A stretch of DNA of 32,000 nucleotides from Aliivibrio fischeri ES114 (GCF_000011805.1 NC_006840.2), one strand, 5' to 3'; shown: positions 10,425 through 20,788, counted from the first letter of the stretch. Numbers and translations are program-made. Notes: generated from the letters alone by a model not told the origin.

Positions 10425-11756
10425 CTATGATAGGAAAATTGCTTTTTTCCATTGATAATAGAATGTCACAGCCAAACTCACCCCCCGCATTGCCATAAAT
10501 GAAATCATAGCCGCCCAAAGCGCATGATTTCCGTTATCTTGCATTAACCACCAAACAGAGAAGAAGGTTATCATGGCGATAAACATGGAATTTCTCATCT
10601 CAGAGCCTTTGGTTGCTCCAACAAAAATACCATCCAACAAGAAACACCACATTGATACCAATGGCATGGCAATTAACCAAGGCAAATAAATCAACGCTGT
10701 TTTTTGCACATCTTCAATTGAAGATATCATTGCGATTAACTGATAACCAAATACACCAAATACCAAACTGAGTAAGCTACTTATCACTAAACTCCAAAAA
10801 GTCGTACCAATAAGAGAATCCGTTAGCTGAGTTCTACTTTTTGCTCCAATCGCCTTTCCTACCATTGCCTCCATTGCATAAGCAAACCCATCCATACCAT
10901 AAGAAATCATCATTAAGAAGCTCATTAATACTGCATTTGCAGCAACAATATCTACACCTAATGATGCTCCTTGAAACGTCATAAAAGTAAAGCAAGCTTG
11001 TAAGCACAGAGAACGTAAGAATATATCTCGATTTAAATTCAAGAGACGCTTAAAACCCGATAATAAATCAGATAGCGACATAATAAAGCTAGGTAACACG
11101 AGCTTATTACTCTGTTTTAAGACAAACCACAAACCGATTACTAATGAAGAATAATCGGCAATGACGGAAGCAAGTGCCGCACCTTCAACTTTCCAATGAA
11201 AACCAACCACAAACAAAAGATCGAGAATAATATTAATGCTATTGGTTATGATAACTAGCCACATAGGATAACGAGCATTTTGCGTACCCAGTAACCAGCC
11301 CATGATAACCAAATTACTTAATGCTGCTGGCGCACTCCATATACGAATAGAAAAATATTGCTCGGCATAGTGCTTCACTTCAACAGAAGCGTCACTGAAT
11401 GAAAAAATGATCTGAGAAAGTGGCTGATGAAAAAGCAGTAAAATAAAAGAGAAGCACAAAGCAAGAAAAATACCTTGAGAAAACGTCTGACTCAACGCAT
11501 TTTTATTTTCTGCACCATAAGCTTGAGCGGTTAATCCTGTTGTTGCCATGCGAAGAAAACCCAATAACCAAAACGTCACACTGATCATTGTGCCGCCCAC
11601 CGCTACACCACCTAAATACCAAGCATGCTCTAAATGCCCAATAACAGCAACATCAATTAATCCTAATAAAGGAATAGTGATATTTGATAGCACCATCGGA
11701 ATAGCTAATGCTAGCACTTGCCGATGTAATGAAAGGTTTCTTAATGAATTCCACAT
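10425..11756 (-). CDS. dinF: MATE-family efflux protein DinF
   Basis: 12-TM MATE profile. The N terminus LALAIPMVLSNITIPLLGLIDVAVIGHL resembles E. coli DinF, and the gene lies in the lexA neighbourhood. Confidence 0.85.
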   Translation of the reverse strand: MWNSLRNLSLHRQVLALAIPMVLSNITIPLLGLIDVAVIGHLEHAWYLGGVAVGGTMISVTFWLLGFLRMATTGLTAQAYGAENKNALSQTFSQGIFLALCFSFILLLFHQPLSQIIFSFSDASVEVKHYAEQYFSIRIWSAPAALSNLVIMGWLLGTQNARYPMWLVIITNSINIILDLLFVVGFHWKVEGAALASVIADYSSLVIGLWFVLKQSNKLVLPSFIMSLSDLLSGFKRLLNLNRDIFLRSLCLQACFTFMTFQGASLGVDIVAANAVLMSFLMMISYGMDGFAYAMEAMVGKAIGAKSRTQLTDSLIGTTFWSLVISSLLSLVFGVFGYQLIAMISSIEDVQKTALIYLPWLIAMPLVSMWCFLLDGIFVGATKGSEMRNSMFIAMITFFSVWWLMQDNGNHALWAAMISFMAMRGVSLAVTFYYQWKKAIFLS

Positions 11757-11881
11757 AGGGAGTACCGATAGAAAAAAGTAGTCACATTATTGCTTACTTT
11801 CTTATGATCCTAAACCCTGCACCCTTCAATTCATACTCTTGTCATTAAATAGAAACACCCATTCACATAAGACAAGTATCG

Positions 11882-12685
11882 TTACCAATTCATATGGATC
11901 AGCAAAGGAGTAACCCGATGCTTAAATAATGGGAACTTAACCAACCAACGCTGCCATGCCTTCCAACGAGTACAGTTATGCTCTATCGGTGAAGTAACGG
12001 ATAGATTTTCAATCCATGGTAACCATCCGGTAAAATCATGTTTAGGTTGATGTAAACCATGTTGGTATTCAGCACTACCAAGCTTTTTGCCTATCATGGT
12101 ATTGCAGCGATCCCCTGCAACAACGAATAACGCTTCTGCATGATTAAAACGACGGCCAAGCAGTTGGATAAATTTAGATAGTTGAGTTTTAGTGCAATCT
12201 AACAAAGCTTGCTCACACACAATCATGACAGGCACATTATTAGGCACAGGAAGCTCATCAATCCAGTGATCGTCACCAACAGAGCCACAACGTAAATAAT
12301 ATCGCTCATTGGTATGGAAGAGTTTTTGGCGCCAAAGCAAATTTTCATTAATATCAAGCTCAAGCCAATGACAACGTCCATTATCTAAACGATAAAAACG
12401 TGTATCTAAGCCTGCGCCAACATTAACAACCCAGCCTGATGGATTTGATTTTAGAAATTTAGAAACTTGTTGATCACACTGAACCGTCAAAGTTGCGTGA
12501 AGAAGCTGTTTTTGGTCTATATCTCCAGAGAGACATTCAGCAGAAAGGTGACAGCGCTGACAAGCCGCTGCAGCAATAGGGTCATAAATGAGCCCATTGT
12601 CGATCATACTTTCACGGCTTCTTAACCAAAGAGGTTGCAATAAACGTGAAGGAATTTTATGGCCGAGGTTCGTCATTATCATCAT
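11882..12685 (-). CDS. Class I SAM-dependent methyltransferase, COG3315 / TcmP / LCMT-like
   Basis: VVNVGAGLDTRFYRL matches the characteristic G-x-G-x-D-T-R motif of this family. The likely start is the third Met at 12676, because the AAGG Shine-Dalgarno abuts the first ATG. Confidence 0.65.
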   Translation of the reverse strand: MMIMTNLGHKIPSRLLQPLWLRSRESMIDNGLIYDPIAAAACQRCHLSAECLSGDIDQKQLLHATLTVQCDQQVSKFLKSNPSGWVVNVGAGLDTRFYRLDNGRCHWLELDINENLLWRQKLFHTNERYYLRCGSVGDDHWIDELPVPNNVPVMIVCEQALLDCTKTQLSKFIQLLGRRFNHAEALFVVAGDRCNTMIGKKLGSAEYQHGLHQPKHDFTGWLPWIENLSVTSPIEHNCTRWKAWQRWLVKFPLFKHRVTPLLIHMNW

Positions 12686-12801
12686 CCTTAGTGAATAGGA
12701 CTAAATGATAATAACTATCATTACCACTTGTAAAGATTTATTTCAGCTAAACAAGCGATAATGATGATTATATAGTGTCAATCTAGATGATTAGATTGTA
12801 A

Positions 12802-13428
12802 TTACATCCAAGTTGTACTTCTGATCACACCAACAGCAAGACCTTCAATACTTAAACTTTGAGAAGTTAAATCCACTTCAATTGGTGAAAATTCTTCATT
12901 TTCGGCATGAAGAAATACCATAGAGCCTTTACGCTCTAAGCGTTTTACCGTTACATCATCATCAACACGAGCAACAACGACTTGACCATCGCGAACGTCT
13001 TGAGTTTTATGAACCGCAAGTAAATCACCATCCATAATTCCAATGTCTTTCATGCTTTCGCCGTTCACGCGTAATAAGAAATCAGCTTGTGGCTTAAACA
13101 TTCCAGGATCAACTTTATAGTGGCTCTCAACATGCTCTTGAGCAAGAATCGGCTCCCCTGCTGCAACTTGACCAATGAGTGGAACACCCAGTTCTTCATC
13201 ATGATGATCTGCATCTTGCAGTAGAATACGTATTCCACGAGATGCACCAGGAATAATTTCTATCACCTGCTTACGAGCTAATGCCTTTAAGTGCTCTTCC
13301 GCCGCATTCGCTGAACGAAATCCCAACTCACGAGCAATTTCTGCACGTGTTGGTGGCATGCCAGTATCATCAATTTTTGCTTTGATAAGATCAAAGACTT
13401 CTTGCTGTCTTGCCGTTAGCGGCTTCAT
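12802..13428 (-). CDS. lexA: SOS repressor LexA
   Basis: [15 protein letters not shown]..., the cleavage site VAAGEP, and the S/K catalytic region GESMKD...VKRL. Two SOS boxes lie upstream. Confidence 0.95.
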   Translation of the reverse strand: MKPLTARQQEVFDLIKAKIDDTGMPPTRAEIARELGFRSANAAEEHLKALARKQVIEIIPGASRGIRILLQDADHHDEELGVPLIGQVAAGEPILAQEHVESHYKVDPGMFKPQADFLLRVNGESMKDIGIMDGDLLAVHKTQDVRDGQVVVARVDDDVTVKRLERKGSMVFLHAENEEFSPIEVDLTSQSLSIEGLAVGVIRSTTWM

Positions 13429-13435
13429 AAATCAC

Positions 13436-13451
13436 CTGTCTGTTTATACAG
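13436..13451. promoter_or_regulatory. SOS box 1 (LexA operator) of lexA
   Basis: CTGTCTGTTTATACAG fits CTG-N10-CAG and begins 8 nt upstream of the lexA start codon region. Confidence 0.85.
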
Positions 13452-13455
13452 TTCA

Positions 13456-13471
13456 CTGTGAGTATATACAG
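13456..13471. promoter_or_regulatory. SOS box 2 (LexA operator) of lexA
   Basis: CTGTGAGTATATACAG fits CTG-N10-CAG, 20 bp from box 1. E. coli lexA has the same tandem arrangement. Confidence 0.85.
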
Positions 13472-13669
13472 CTGTGCTATGCTTTGAAAGACCTATTGAT
13501 TAAAAATAAGACAAAATCGCTTACTTTTCTGTCATATGACTCATACAATTGCGGATATTCTGTTCATCCCTATTAAAAGGTTTGACCAGTTCTGCTATTC
13601 TTGCCTGAAATTGTAAGCATCTATTATACGGCCGACTGCTCGGTACATAACTAAGGCGTTATTGTCATT

Positions 13670-16093
13670 ATGTCTACAGGACACACTATTTATCATTCTT
13701 TACTAAAGTTGCCACTATCGGTAATGGTGAAGAGTAGCTCGATTCCATCGAATCCTATTGAAGATTTAAAAATTGATCTTGAGCGCCCAATTATTTACGC
13801 ACTACCATTTCGTTCACATGTGGATTTACTTACACTACAAAAAAGTGCCCTAGAACTTGGTTTGCCTGACCCTCTATCTCCTATCGAGATTGAAGGTGTA
13901 AAATATCCACGCTATGTATTTACTTCTATCGGACCAAAAATGTTCGATACTGATGACGATCTTCCACAAGAGTCGTTAGACCTATTTAAAATTGTATTAA
14001 AGCACCATGCTGATAATCCAGACGCTGATTTCCAACTGATCCCTACCTCTATTTTATGGGGAAGAAAGCCAGGTAAAGAAGGAACAAGTAAACCTCATTT
14101 AATGCCACTTAACGGACCTCAAAAATTTGTCACGTTAATAAAAGCAGGACGAGACTCAACCGTTCGTATTAGCCCAGTAGTATCTTTACGTTACATGGCT
14201 GATAACCACGGCTCTGATGAAGCCATTGCACATAAATTAGCGCGTGTTGCAAAAATACACTTTTCTCGCCAAAAATTAGCGGCATCAGGTCCTAACCTAC
14301 CGAATCGCCAAGCGCTATTTAATCGCTTATTAAAATCACAAGCGATTGAGAAAGTCATTTTAGAAGAAGCAAAAAGCCGAAATGTCGATGTAGAGAAAGT
14401 GCGTAAAGAAGCCATGGGTATCATGGAAGAAATCGCTACCAACTTCTCTTATTCTCTAATTAAAAATGGCAACCGTATTTTAAAATGGTTATGGAACCGT
14501 TTATATCAGGGATTAAACATCAATAACGCTTCTACTGTGCGTAAATTAGCACAAGAAGGTCATGAGATTGTTTATGTTCCTTGTCATCGTAGTCACATGG
14601 ATTACCTACTCCTTTCTTATGTTTTATACCATGAAGGTTTAGTTCCACCACATATTGCTGCAGGCATTAACTTAAACTTCTTCCCTGCGGGTCCTATTTT
14701 CCGTCGCGGTGGTGCTTTCTTTATTCGTCGTAGCTTTAAAGGTAATCGCCTGTACTCAACCATCTTCCGTGAATATTTAGCTGAGCTTTTTGCAAAAGGA
14801 TACTCAGTTGAATACTTCAGTGAAGGTGGACGTTCACGTACTGGTCGTTTATTACAAGCGAAAACAGGTATGTTAGCAATGACGGTACAAGCAATGCTAC
14901 GTGGCTTAAACCGCCCAGTTACCTTAGTACCTGTTTATATTGGTTATGAACACGTAATGGAAGTAACCACTTACGCAAAAGAGCTACGTGGTAAACGTAA
15001 AGAAAAAGAAAATGCAGGTCAGGTATTACGTACACTACGCAAACTACGTAATTTCGGACAAGGTTACGTTAACTTTGGTGAGCCTATCTCATTAAACCAT
15101 TACTTAAATGAGCATGCTCCAAACTGGTCTGAATCAATCAACCCGATTGAACCACAGAAACCAGAATGGATGACACCTGTCGTAAACGGCATCGCTAATA
15201 AGATGATGACACATATTAATGATGCTGCTGCAGCTAACGCATTAACATTATGTGCAACCGCTTTACTTGCTGCAAACCAACGAGCACTAAGTAAAGAAGA
15301 CTTAACAGAACAATTAGATTGTTACCTGCAAATTCTACGTAATGTTCCATACTCAGCAACGGCAACTGTTCCAAGTGAAGATGCTGACGCTTTATTAGAA
15401 CATGCCATTAAGCTGGATAAGTTTGTTATTGAGAAAGATACGCTAGGTGAGATTGTTTCATTAGATCGTAACCAGTCTCTACTGATGACTTACTATCGAA
15501 ATAACATTATCCATCTGTTTGCACTACCATCATTGATTGCAAAACTCGTCGTTCACCATGACACGATTACCGTAGAACAAATTCAGGACCAGATAAAATT
15601 AATTTATCCTTTCCTAAAAGCGGAATTGTTCTTACATTACAAAGAGGAAGAATTGACCTCTATAGTAAATAATCATATTGATGAATTAGTTCAACAAAAT
15701 CTGATTTTACGTGATGGTGATACACTGCAACTGTGTAATGCAAACATTCGCAAATTGCATTTACTTGCTCATACCATTTCAGAAACTCTACAGCGCTATG
15801 CAATCGCACTAACGCATCTTCAAGCATCACCAGATTTGGGCAAAGATGAATTAGAAGAGCAAAGCCAAATCATGGCTCAGCGTTTAAGTCGTCTACATGG
15901 TATCAACGCACCTGAGTTCTTTGATAAAGGTGTATTCTGCATTCTGTTTAATACTCTAAAAACAGAAGGATACCTTGATGAAGACGGCGCAGCAGTGTTA
16001 AGTAAAGTTGAGCCGTTATCGCAAGATATCGCACACCTTCTTACTCCTGAAATTAAGCTAACGATTCATGCAGTAATGACAAAAGAAGACTAA
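13670..16093 (+). CDS. plsB: Glycerol-3-phosphate 1-O-acyltransferase
   Basis: 807 aa, acyltransferase H-x4-D motif [31 protein letters not shown]. Divergent from lexA and adjacent to ubiA as in E. coli. Confidence 0.93.
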   Translation: MSTGHTIYHSLLKLPLSVMVKSSSIPSNPIEDLKIDLERPIIYALPFRSHVDLLTLQKSALELGLPDPLSPIEIEGVKYPRYVFTSIGPKMFDTDDDLPQESLDLFKIVLKHHADNPDADFQLIPTSILWGRKPGKEGTSKPHLMPLNGPQKFVTLIKAGRDSTVRISPVVSLRYMADNHGSDEAIAHKLARVAKIHFSRQKLAASGPNLPNRQALFNRLLKSQAIEKVILEEAKSRNVDVEKVRKEAMGIMEEIATNFSYSLIKNGNRILKWLWNRLYQGLNINNASTVRKLAQEGHEIVYVPCHRSHMDYLLLSYVLYHEGLVPPHIAAGINLNFFPAGPIFRRGGAFFIRRSFKGNRLYSTIFREYLAELFAKGYSVEYFSEGGRSRTGRLLQAKTGMLAMTVQAMLRGLNRPVTLVPVYIGYEHVMEVTTYAKELRGKRKEKENAGQVLRTLRKLRNFGQGYVNFGEPISLNHYLNEHAPNWSESINPIEPQKPEWMTPVVNGIANKMMTHINDAAAANALTLCATALLAANQRALSKEDLTEQLDCYLQILRNVPYSATATVPSEDADALLEHAIKLDKFVIEKDTLGEIVSLDRNQSLLMTYYRNNIIHLFALPSLIAKLVVHHDTITVEQIQDQIKLIYPFLKAELFLHYKEEELTSIVNNHIDELVQQNLILRDGDTLQLCNANIRKLHLLAHTISETLQRYAIALTHLQASPDLGKDELEEQSQIMAQRLSRLHGINAPEFFDKGVFCILFNTLKTEGYLDEDGAAVLSKVEPLSQDIAHLLTPEIKLTIHAVMTKED

Positions 16094-16116
16094 TTTAACG
16101 TCCCTTTCTTTAAATA

Positions 16117-16160
16117 CAAAAAAAGCCAGTATGATATTAGTCATACTGGCTTTTCTTTTA
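16117..16160. terminator. Bidirectional terminator (plsB / ubiA)
   Basis: AGCCAGTATGA (16124-16134) pairs with TCATACTGGCT (16141-16151), flanked by an A-run and a T-run. Confidence 0.85.
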
Positions 16161-16170
16161 AAACAACACG

Positions 16171-17028
16171 TTAAATTAAAACGCTTGCACTGATAGCAAT
16201 AAAAATCAGTCCACCGACATAGTTATTATTTAAAAACGCTTTAAAGCAAGCTTCCCTTTCACGTCCTTTTATTAACCATTGCTGATACACAAAAAATCCA
16301 GCAGCCGCTAATATTCCCCAATAATAAATACCAGAAAGCGCTAATTGAGAGCCTAATACGATCAATAATGCCAATACCGATAACTGCAATAAACCGATAA
16401 TCGTTTTATCATAGCGTCCAAACAAAATGGCTGTTGATTTAATACCAATCTTTACATCATCATCTCTGTCCACCATTGCATACTGTGTATCGTAGGCGAT
16501 CGTCCACAATGCATTAATCACAAACAGTAACCACGCTTCAGGTGGTACCTGATTTGATTCTGCTGCGTATGCCATTGGAATTGCCCAGCTAAATGCTAGT
16601 CCAAGTACAAACTGAGGGAGATACGTCACTCGTTTCATAAAAGGGTAAGCTATGGCAAGAACAATACCGATACCCGATAGCATAATGGTTAAGGTGTTCA
16701 TGGTTAAAACAAGAAGAAAAGAACACACAACCAAAACAGCAAAAAGAGACAACGCTTCTTTTGAAGAGATAAGTCCAGAAGGCAATGGACGATTAGCCGT
16801 TCGTTTTACATGACCATCCACTTTACGGTCCGCAAAATCATTAATCACGCACCCCGCAGAGCGCATAAAAACCACACCTAATACAAATACAATCAGTACA
16901 TGCCAATCAGGTAATCCATCGGCTGCTAAAAATAAAGCCCACAATGTTGGCCATAAAAGTAATAGAGAACCAATTGGACGATTCATTCGGGTCAGTTGCC
17001 AAAACGCCTCTGCTTTTGACATGTTCAT
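16171..17028 (-). CDS. ubiA: 4-hydroxybenzoate octaprenyltransferase
   Basis: UbiA prenyltransferase motif [15 protein letters not shown] and multiple TM segments. ATGA start/stop overlap with ubiC. Confidence 0.92.
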   Translation of the reverse strand: MNMSKAEAFWQLTRMNRPIGSLLLLWPTLWALFLAADGLPDWHVLIVFVLGVVFMRSAGCVINDFADRKVDGHVKRTANRPLPSGLISSKEALSLFAVLVVCSFLLVLTMNTLTIMLSGIGIVLAIAYPFMKRVTYLPQFVLGLAFSWAIPMAYAAESNQVPPEAWLLFVINALWTIAYDTQYAMVDRDDDVKIGIKSTAILFGRYDKTIIGLLQLSVLALLIVLGSQLALSGIYYWGILAAAGFFVYQQWLIKGREREACFKAFLNNNYVGGLIFIAISASVLI

Positions 17029-17588
17029 GATTCCACTTCCTTTGAATAAATGGGTGCTTCTGGTAAAAATAACTCTGCAACTAGCATAGGTTTATTATTC
17101 ATCCATAATCGAGAACGACGAGCAAACAACTCTCCTCTTTCTGTCATTATTGTTCCTACTTGTAATTTATCTCTATGTGCACTTTGAGCACTAAATACAG
17201 TAATACCTAAAGGTGTATGACCTTGACGAGTTAAATCATGCGGCTGATCTTGCAATGATGATAACGGAATTAATGTTCTACCATAAACCCACGATTGCTG
17301 ATCACCTTTTAAGATGACTTTTCGACGCAAACACACTTCTCCGCTAAGAAGAGCTTCCTCTTCTACGGTTAATTTATCTGGATTCACATGGGTATTATCC
17401 AATACCGATACCGATAACACATTGCAATGCTGCTCTAAACGACGTGATAGTGAATCTAATCCTAGCAACCAATAACGCTGCAGGTCATTACTACACTCAA
17501 ATGTATCGGCCTCTTGCCACTGCACTCTTTTTAGTACAGAAGCACACCAAGAATTGATATCTGACATATTCTCTATAACATCTTTCAC
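17025..17588 (-). CDS. ubiC: Chorismate pyruvate-lyase
   Basis: Position directly upstream of and translationally coupled to ubiA. Size and sequence are consistent with UbiC. The start could be the internal Met 8. Confidence 0.8.
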   Translation of the reverse strand: MKDVIENMSDINSWCASVLKRVQWQEADTFECSNDLQRYWLLGLDSLSRRLEQHCNVLSVSVLDNTHVNPDKLTVEEEALLSGEVCLRRKVILKGDQQSWVYGRTLIPLSSLQDQPHDLTRQGHTPLGITVFSAQSAHRDKLQVGTIMTERGELFARRSRLWMNNKPMLVAELFLPEAPIYSKEVES

Positions 17589-17688
17589 ATATATTGCTTA
17601 TATTGAAAGATTGTAGTTAATTTTTTCTCACAACTGCCGACTATTGTATCAAGTAATAAAATAAATTGACTGATGAATGGATTAGAAA

Positions 17689-18099
17689 ATGACAAAGAAA
17701 TCATTATTTGCAGGGTTACTGCTGATTATTAGCCAAATATTCTCCCCTGCAATCCACGCAGAAGAAGAAGTCGCACCTCAAATGGGCTACTTTACACTGG
17801 CTCCAGATTTAACAACGAATTTTGTGACAACAGGAAAAAAACTAGGTTACATCCAAATTCGAGTAGATATTCTTGTTGCAGATAATCGAGATTTACCGCA
17901 ATTAGAGCGTCATAATCCACAGATCCGAAACGCATTAGTTGAAGTGTTAGGACAACAACCAGAACAAAGAATTAAATCCCTGGCGGGTCGTGAAGAAATA
18001 AGAAAAGAATGTTTAACTGCAATTAATGAGTTGTTGCTTGCAGAAACAGGAAAAACGTTAGCCGTTGATTTACTGTTTACCAAATACATTTATCAATAA
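17689..18099 (+). CDS. FliL-like (flagellar basal-body-associated family) protein with signal peptide
   Basis: N-terminal signal peptide ending IHA-EE. The core FTLAPDLTTNF...YIQIRVDILV...IRNALVEVLG...LKECLTAINELL...VDLLFTKYIYQ follows the FliL-domain pattern. Confidence 0.6.
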   Translation: MTKKSLFAGLLLIISQIFSPAIHAEEEVAPQMGYFTLAPDLTTNFVTTGKKLGYIQIRVDILVADNRDLPQLERHNPQIRNALVEVLGQQPEQRIKSLAGREEIRKECLTAINELLLAETGKTLAVDLLFTKYIYQ

Positions 18100-18140
18100 C
18101 TATTTTTACGTTAGATATTTTTATTTATCTACGTCAATAT

Positions 18141-18180
18141 AAAATGAGCGAGGTAATCATTACCTCGCTCATTTTTTTTA
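18141..18180. terminator. Bidirectional terminator (FliL-like gene / glpG)
   Basis: ATGAGCGAGGTA (18144-18155) pairs with TACCTCGCTCAT (18161-18172), followed by T8. Confidence 0.88.
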
Positions 18181-19020
18181 ACTCAATGAAGATTTTCTAA
18201 AGCGACTATCAATCCCAGCAATTATACATCCGGTGATTAAGCCTGCTAAATGCGCTGTATTTGCAATTGCCATAAAAGGTTGTACATAACCTAAAATTAG
18301 CCAAACAAGCATAAAACCAACTATTGGTTTAGATACGGAAATACCTTTCTCTGGCGCTAACCAGCCAATAAACCAAGAGTAACCGAGTAACGCATACACC
18401 ACACCAGATAGCCCACCAAAGTTAGCACCTTCAACCCAGAACTGACCTAAACCAGAAAACAGCGCTGAAAATAAAAACAGCTGTACTAACTTAGTTCGAC
18501 CTAATCGTAATTCAATATCCCCGCCTAGCTGCCACCACCACAATAAATTAAAAATTATATGTGTCGCAGAAAAGTGCAGCAATGCATGTGAGAACCAGCG
18601 CCATACTTCAACACTCTGTCCTTGATAGGCAGGAAAGTGTAACGCTTGGAAAATCGAGTTATTCCACCCTAACTGTTGCAAAGCAAAAATCACAATACAC
18701 ACAAGCATTATCGACAACGTAAAGATCCCAGCTTTAGCTTTGATCATTTTCATGAGATTAGGCGAACCATATGCAAACTTTGCTGTTCGTGTATCCGCCA
18801 TATCCCATGATGCTGATTGGTATTTAACATCATTAGGGTTACGTAAAAATGCCTGTAATTCTGATTCGACTTCCAGTAAATAAGCATCATCAGAAACAAC
18901 CCATAAAGCAAACTGCCCATCCCCTTCTGGCATCATTCTGATATCGATATGTCTTGATGCCATATAATCAATGAATGCTTGTCCTGCTCTAGGGTTTGAT
19001 AATGCGATTAATCTTTGCAT
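18178..19020 (-). CDS. glpG: Rhomboid intramembrane serine protease GlpG
   Basis: N-terminal cytoplasmic domain NPRAGQAFIDYM, and rhomboid motifs HxxxxHxxxN (HALLHFSATHIIFN) and GLSGVVYAL. Confidence 0.9.
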   Translation of the reverse strand: MQRLIALSNPRAGQAFIDYMASRHIDIRMMPEGDGQFALWVVSDDAYLLEVESELQAFLRNPNDVKYQSASWDMADTRTAKFAYGSPNLMKMIKAKAGIFTLSIMLVCIVIFALQQLGWNNSIFQALHFPAYQGQSVEVWRWFSHALLHFSATHIIFNLLWWWQLGGDIELRLGRTKLVQLFLFSALFSGLGQFWVEGANFGGLSGVVYALLGYSWFIGWLAPEKGISVSKPIVGFMLVWLILGYVQPFMAIANTAHLAGLITGCIIAGIDSRFRKSSLS

Positions 19021-19026
19021 ATGCTT

Positions 19027-19350
19027 TTATTTCTCCACAGGTAACCCTGCTTTATGCCAACCTTCAAATCCACCATCAACACTATAAACTTCTTCATAGC
19101 CTTGATTCACTAAATACTGAGCTGCACCTTGGCTACTATGTCCGTGATAGCACATAACCAAAACCGGTTGTTCAAAATCAACCTCATTCATTAACTCAAC
19201 GATCGTGTCATTAGTTAAATGAAATGCATTTTCTACATGCCCTCTAATGAAGGATTGTGGATCCCTAATATCTACCAATACAGCATTAAGATCTTGCTGT
19301 TGTAATTTTTCTTGAGCGTCTACTACTGATATATGTTGAAACTGATCCAT
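19027..19350 (-). CDS. glpE: Thiosulfate sulfurtransferase (rhodanese) GlpE
   Basis: [16 protein letters not shown]...VDIRDPQSF...[15 protein letters not shown]...GGFEGW closely parallels E. coli GlpE. I use the Met at 19350, not the track start 19410. Confidence 0.9.
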   Translation of the reverse strand: MDQFQHISVVDAQEKLQQQDLNAVLVDIRDPQSFIRGHVENAFHLTNDTIVELMNEVDFEQPVLVMCYHGHSSQGAAQYLVNQGYEEVYSVDGGFEGWHKAGLPVEK

Positions 19351-19434
19351 TATGAGCCTTTCTCTCTGTTTTTTATTTATTGTACCCTCGATTAACCACA
19401 AGAAAAACACAGAGTACGTAAGGGTTAAACAAAG

Positions 19435-19674
19435 TTATCCACATAGTTATTATCCACATATTTTTTTAGACTATTTTAGCTGTTTAATTTTTACTCACCT
19501 GTGGAGAAAGCTGTGAATTACGTTGATAAAGTAGTTTATGAAAAAGCGATCCACTATATGTAGTAAAGATCCTTTTTAAAGTGTGGATATAAATTCTGTT
19601 GCTAAGCTATCGTGTTATCTAGGTTTTACTGAATTTAATTAAGATCTAAACAGATAACTCCCTACTTATACACA
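19435..19674. promoter_or_regulatory. Cluster of DnaA boxes (3 perfect, 3 near-perfect)
   Basis: Perfect matches to TTATNCACA: TTATCCACA 19435-19443, TTATCCACA 19450-19458, TTATACACA 19666-19674. Opposite-strand 8/9 matches: TGTGGAGAA 19500-19508, TGTGAATTA 19512-19520, TGTGGATAT 19582-19590. Confidence 0.7.
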
Positions 19675-19775
19675 AGATATTTTTATTATAATCCATCGAA
19701 TTAATCAAACTCTTGATCATATCAATACATTAATGATATCAATCCGATTAATCAGTCGTTCGATTACTTCAGGTA

Positions 19776-19813
19776 TAAAAAAAGGCTGAACTCTTTCAAG
19801 TTCAGCCTTTTTT
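19776..19813 (-). terminator. Rho-independent terminator after rpoH
   Basis: AGGCTGAACT (19783-19792) pairs with AGTTCAGCCT (19799-19808), with A and T runs on both sides. Confidence 0.88.
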
Positions 19814-19829
19814 AAAATTCTTATCTTAA

Positions 19830-20690
19830 TTAAAGAACATCACCAACGGCGTCCTTCAATTTTTTCATCGCATTCTTCTCAAGTTGACGAATTCGCTCCG
19901 CCGATACTTGATAAGTATCTGCTAACTCTTGCAGTGTCGCTTTCTCATCCGCTAACCAACGAGATTGAACAATATGTTGACTACGTTCATCTAGCGTCGC
20001 AATCGCATTTGCTAAACGATTATTTGTATAATCTTCCCAGTTGTCTTCTTCTAGAGAGTATGCAACATCAGATTGCTTATCTTCTAAATAGTAAACTGGT
20101 GCCGTAAACGCCATATCACGATCATCATCTTCAGCTGGAGCTTCAAACGTTGAGTCTTGAGCTGCAAGTCGCGCTTCCATCTCTCGAACTTCAGAAGGTG
20201 CAACACCAAGATCTTTTGCAACGGCTTCAACTTCACCGTTGTTAAACCAACCTAAACGTTTTTTATTCTTTCTTAAATTAAAAAACAATTTACGTTGCGC
20301 TTTGGTTGTTGCTACTTTCACGATACGCCAGTTTCTTAATACGTATTCATGAATTTCAGCTTTAATCCAGTGCACAGCAAAAGAGACCAAACGAACACCC
20401 ACTTCAGGGTTAAAACGTTTTACTGCTTTCATTAAGCCTACGTTACCTTCTTGAATAAGATCCGCTAAAGGTAGGCCGTAACCAGAATAACCACGGGCAA
20501 CATGCACGACGAAACGAAGATGAGATAGGATCAGCTCTTTCGCTGCCTCTATTTCTTCTTTGTAGTGTAAACGCTCCGCTAGCTCACGTTCCTCTGCCAC
20601 AGTTAACATTGGGTAACTATTAACAGATCGTAGATAGCTATCGATACTATCTTGTGAAACGACAGCCATTGAATACATTTCTTTCGACAT
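19830..20690 (-). CDS. rpoH: Heat-shock sigma factor sigma-32
   Basis: [88 protein letters not shown] is near-identical to E. coli RpoH, including the RpoH box. Confidence 0.96.
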   Translation of the reverse strand: MSKEMYSMAVVSQDSIDSYLRSVNSYPMLTVAEERELAERLHYKEEIEAAKELILSHLRFVVHVARGYSGYGLPLADLIQEGNVGLMKAVKRFNPEVGVRLVSFAVHWIKAEIHEYVLRNWRIVKVATTKAQRKLFFNLRKNKKRLGWFNNGEVEAVAKDLGVAPSEVREMEARLAAQDSTFEAPAEDDDRDMAFTAPVYYLEDKQSDVAYSLEEDNWEDYTNNRLANAIATLDERSQHIVQSRWLADEKATLQELADTYQVSAERIRQLEKNAMKKLKDAVGDVL

Positions 20691-20779
20691 TCAAATCCCC
20701 ATTTATATCTTGGCATTACTTAACTTAACCTTGCAATAATGTACTTAAAATAAACAGACTGCAAGTGAAAGGCGGAAAA

Positions 20780-20788
20780 TTATCCACA
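20780..20788 (+). promoter_or_regulatory. DnaA box in the rpoH promoter region
   Basis: Perfect TTATCCACA about 90 nt upstream of the rpoH start codon. Confidence 0.6.

Noticed and set aside
13358-13576. Track ORF 13358-13576(+) across the lexA-plsB spacer
   Set aside because: It starts antisense inside lexA, runs through both SOS boxes and the promoter region, and has no Shine-Dalgarno sequence. It is spurious.
19351-19410. The 20-codon N-terminal extension of glpE (track start 19410)
   Set aside because: The GlpE alignment starts at MDQFQHI (19350). The extension has no counterpart in GlpE.
19706-19722. The TGATCA-containing sequence ATGATCAAGAGT (minus strand) as an RctB iteron-like or chromosome-2-control site
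   Set aside because: There is a single copy, and I cannot reliably recall the 12-mer consensus. No second repeat or 39-mer-like element was seen. It would need a PWM scan.
19411-19780. The DnaA-box cluster as a cryptic replication origin
   Set aside because: I could not find an array of AT-rich 13-mer (GATCTnTTnTTTT-like) unwinding repeats. The box order and spacing do not resemble the Vibrio or E. coli oriC layout, and the expected gidA/mioC context is absent. A regulatory or titration locus is more plausible than an origin.
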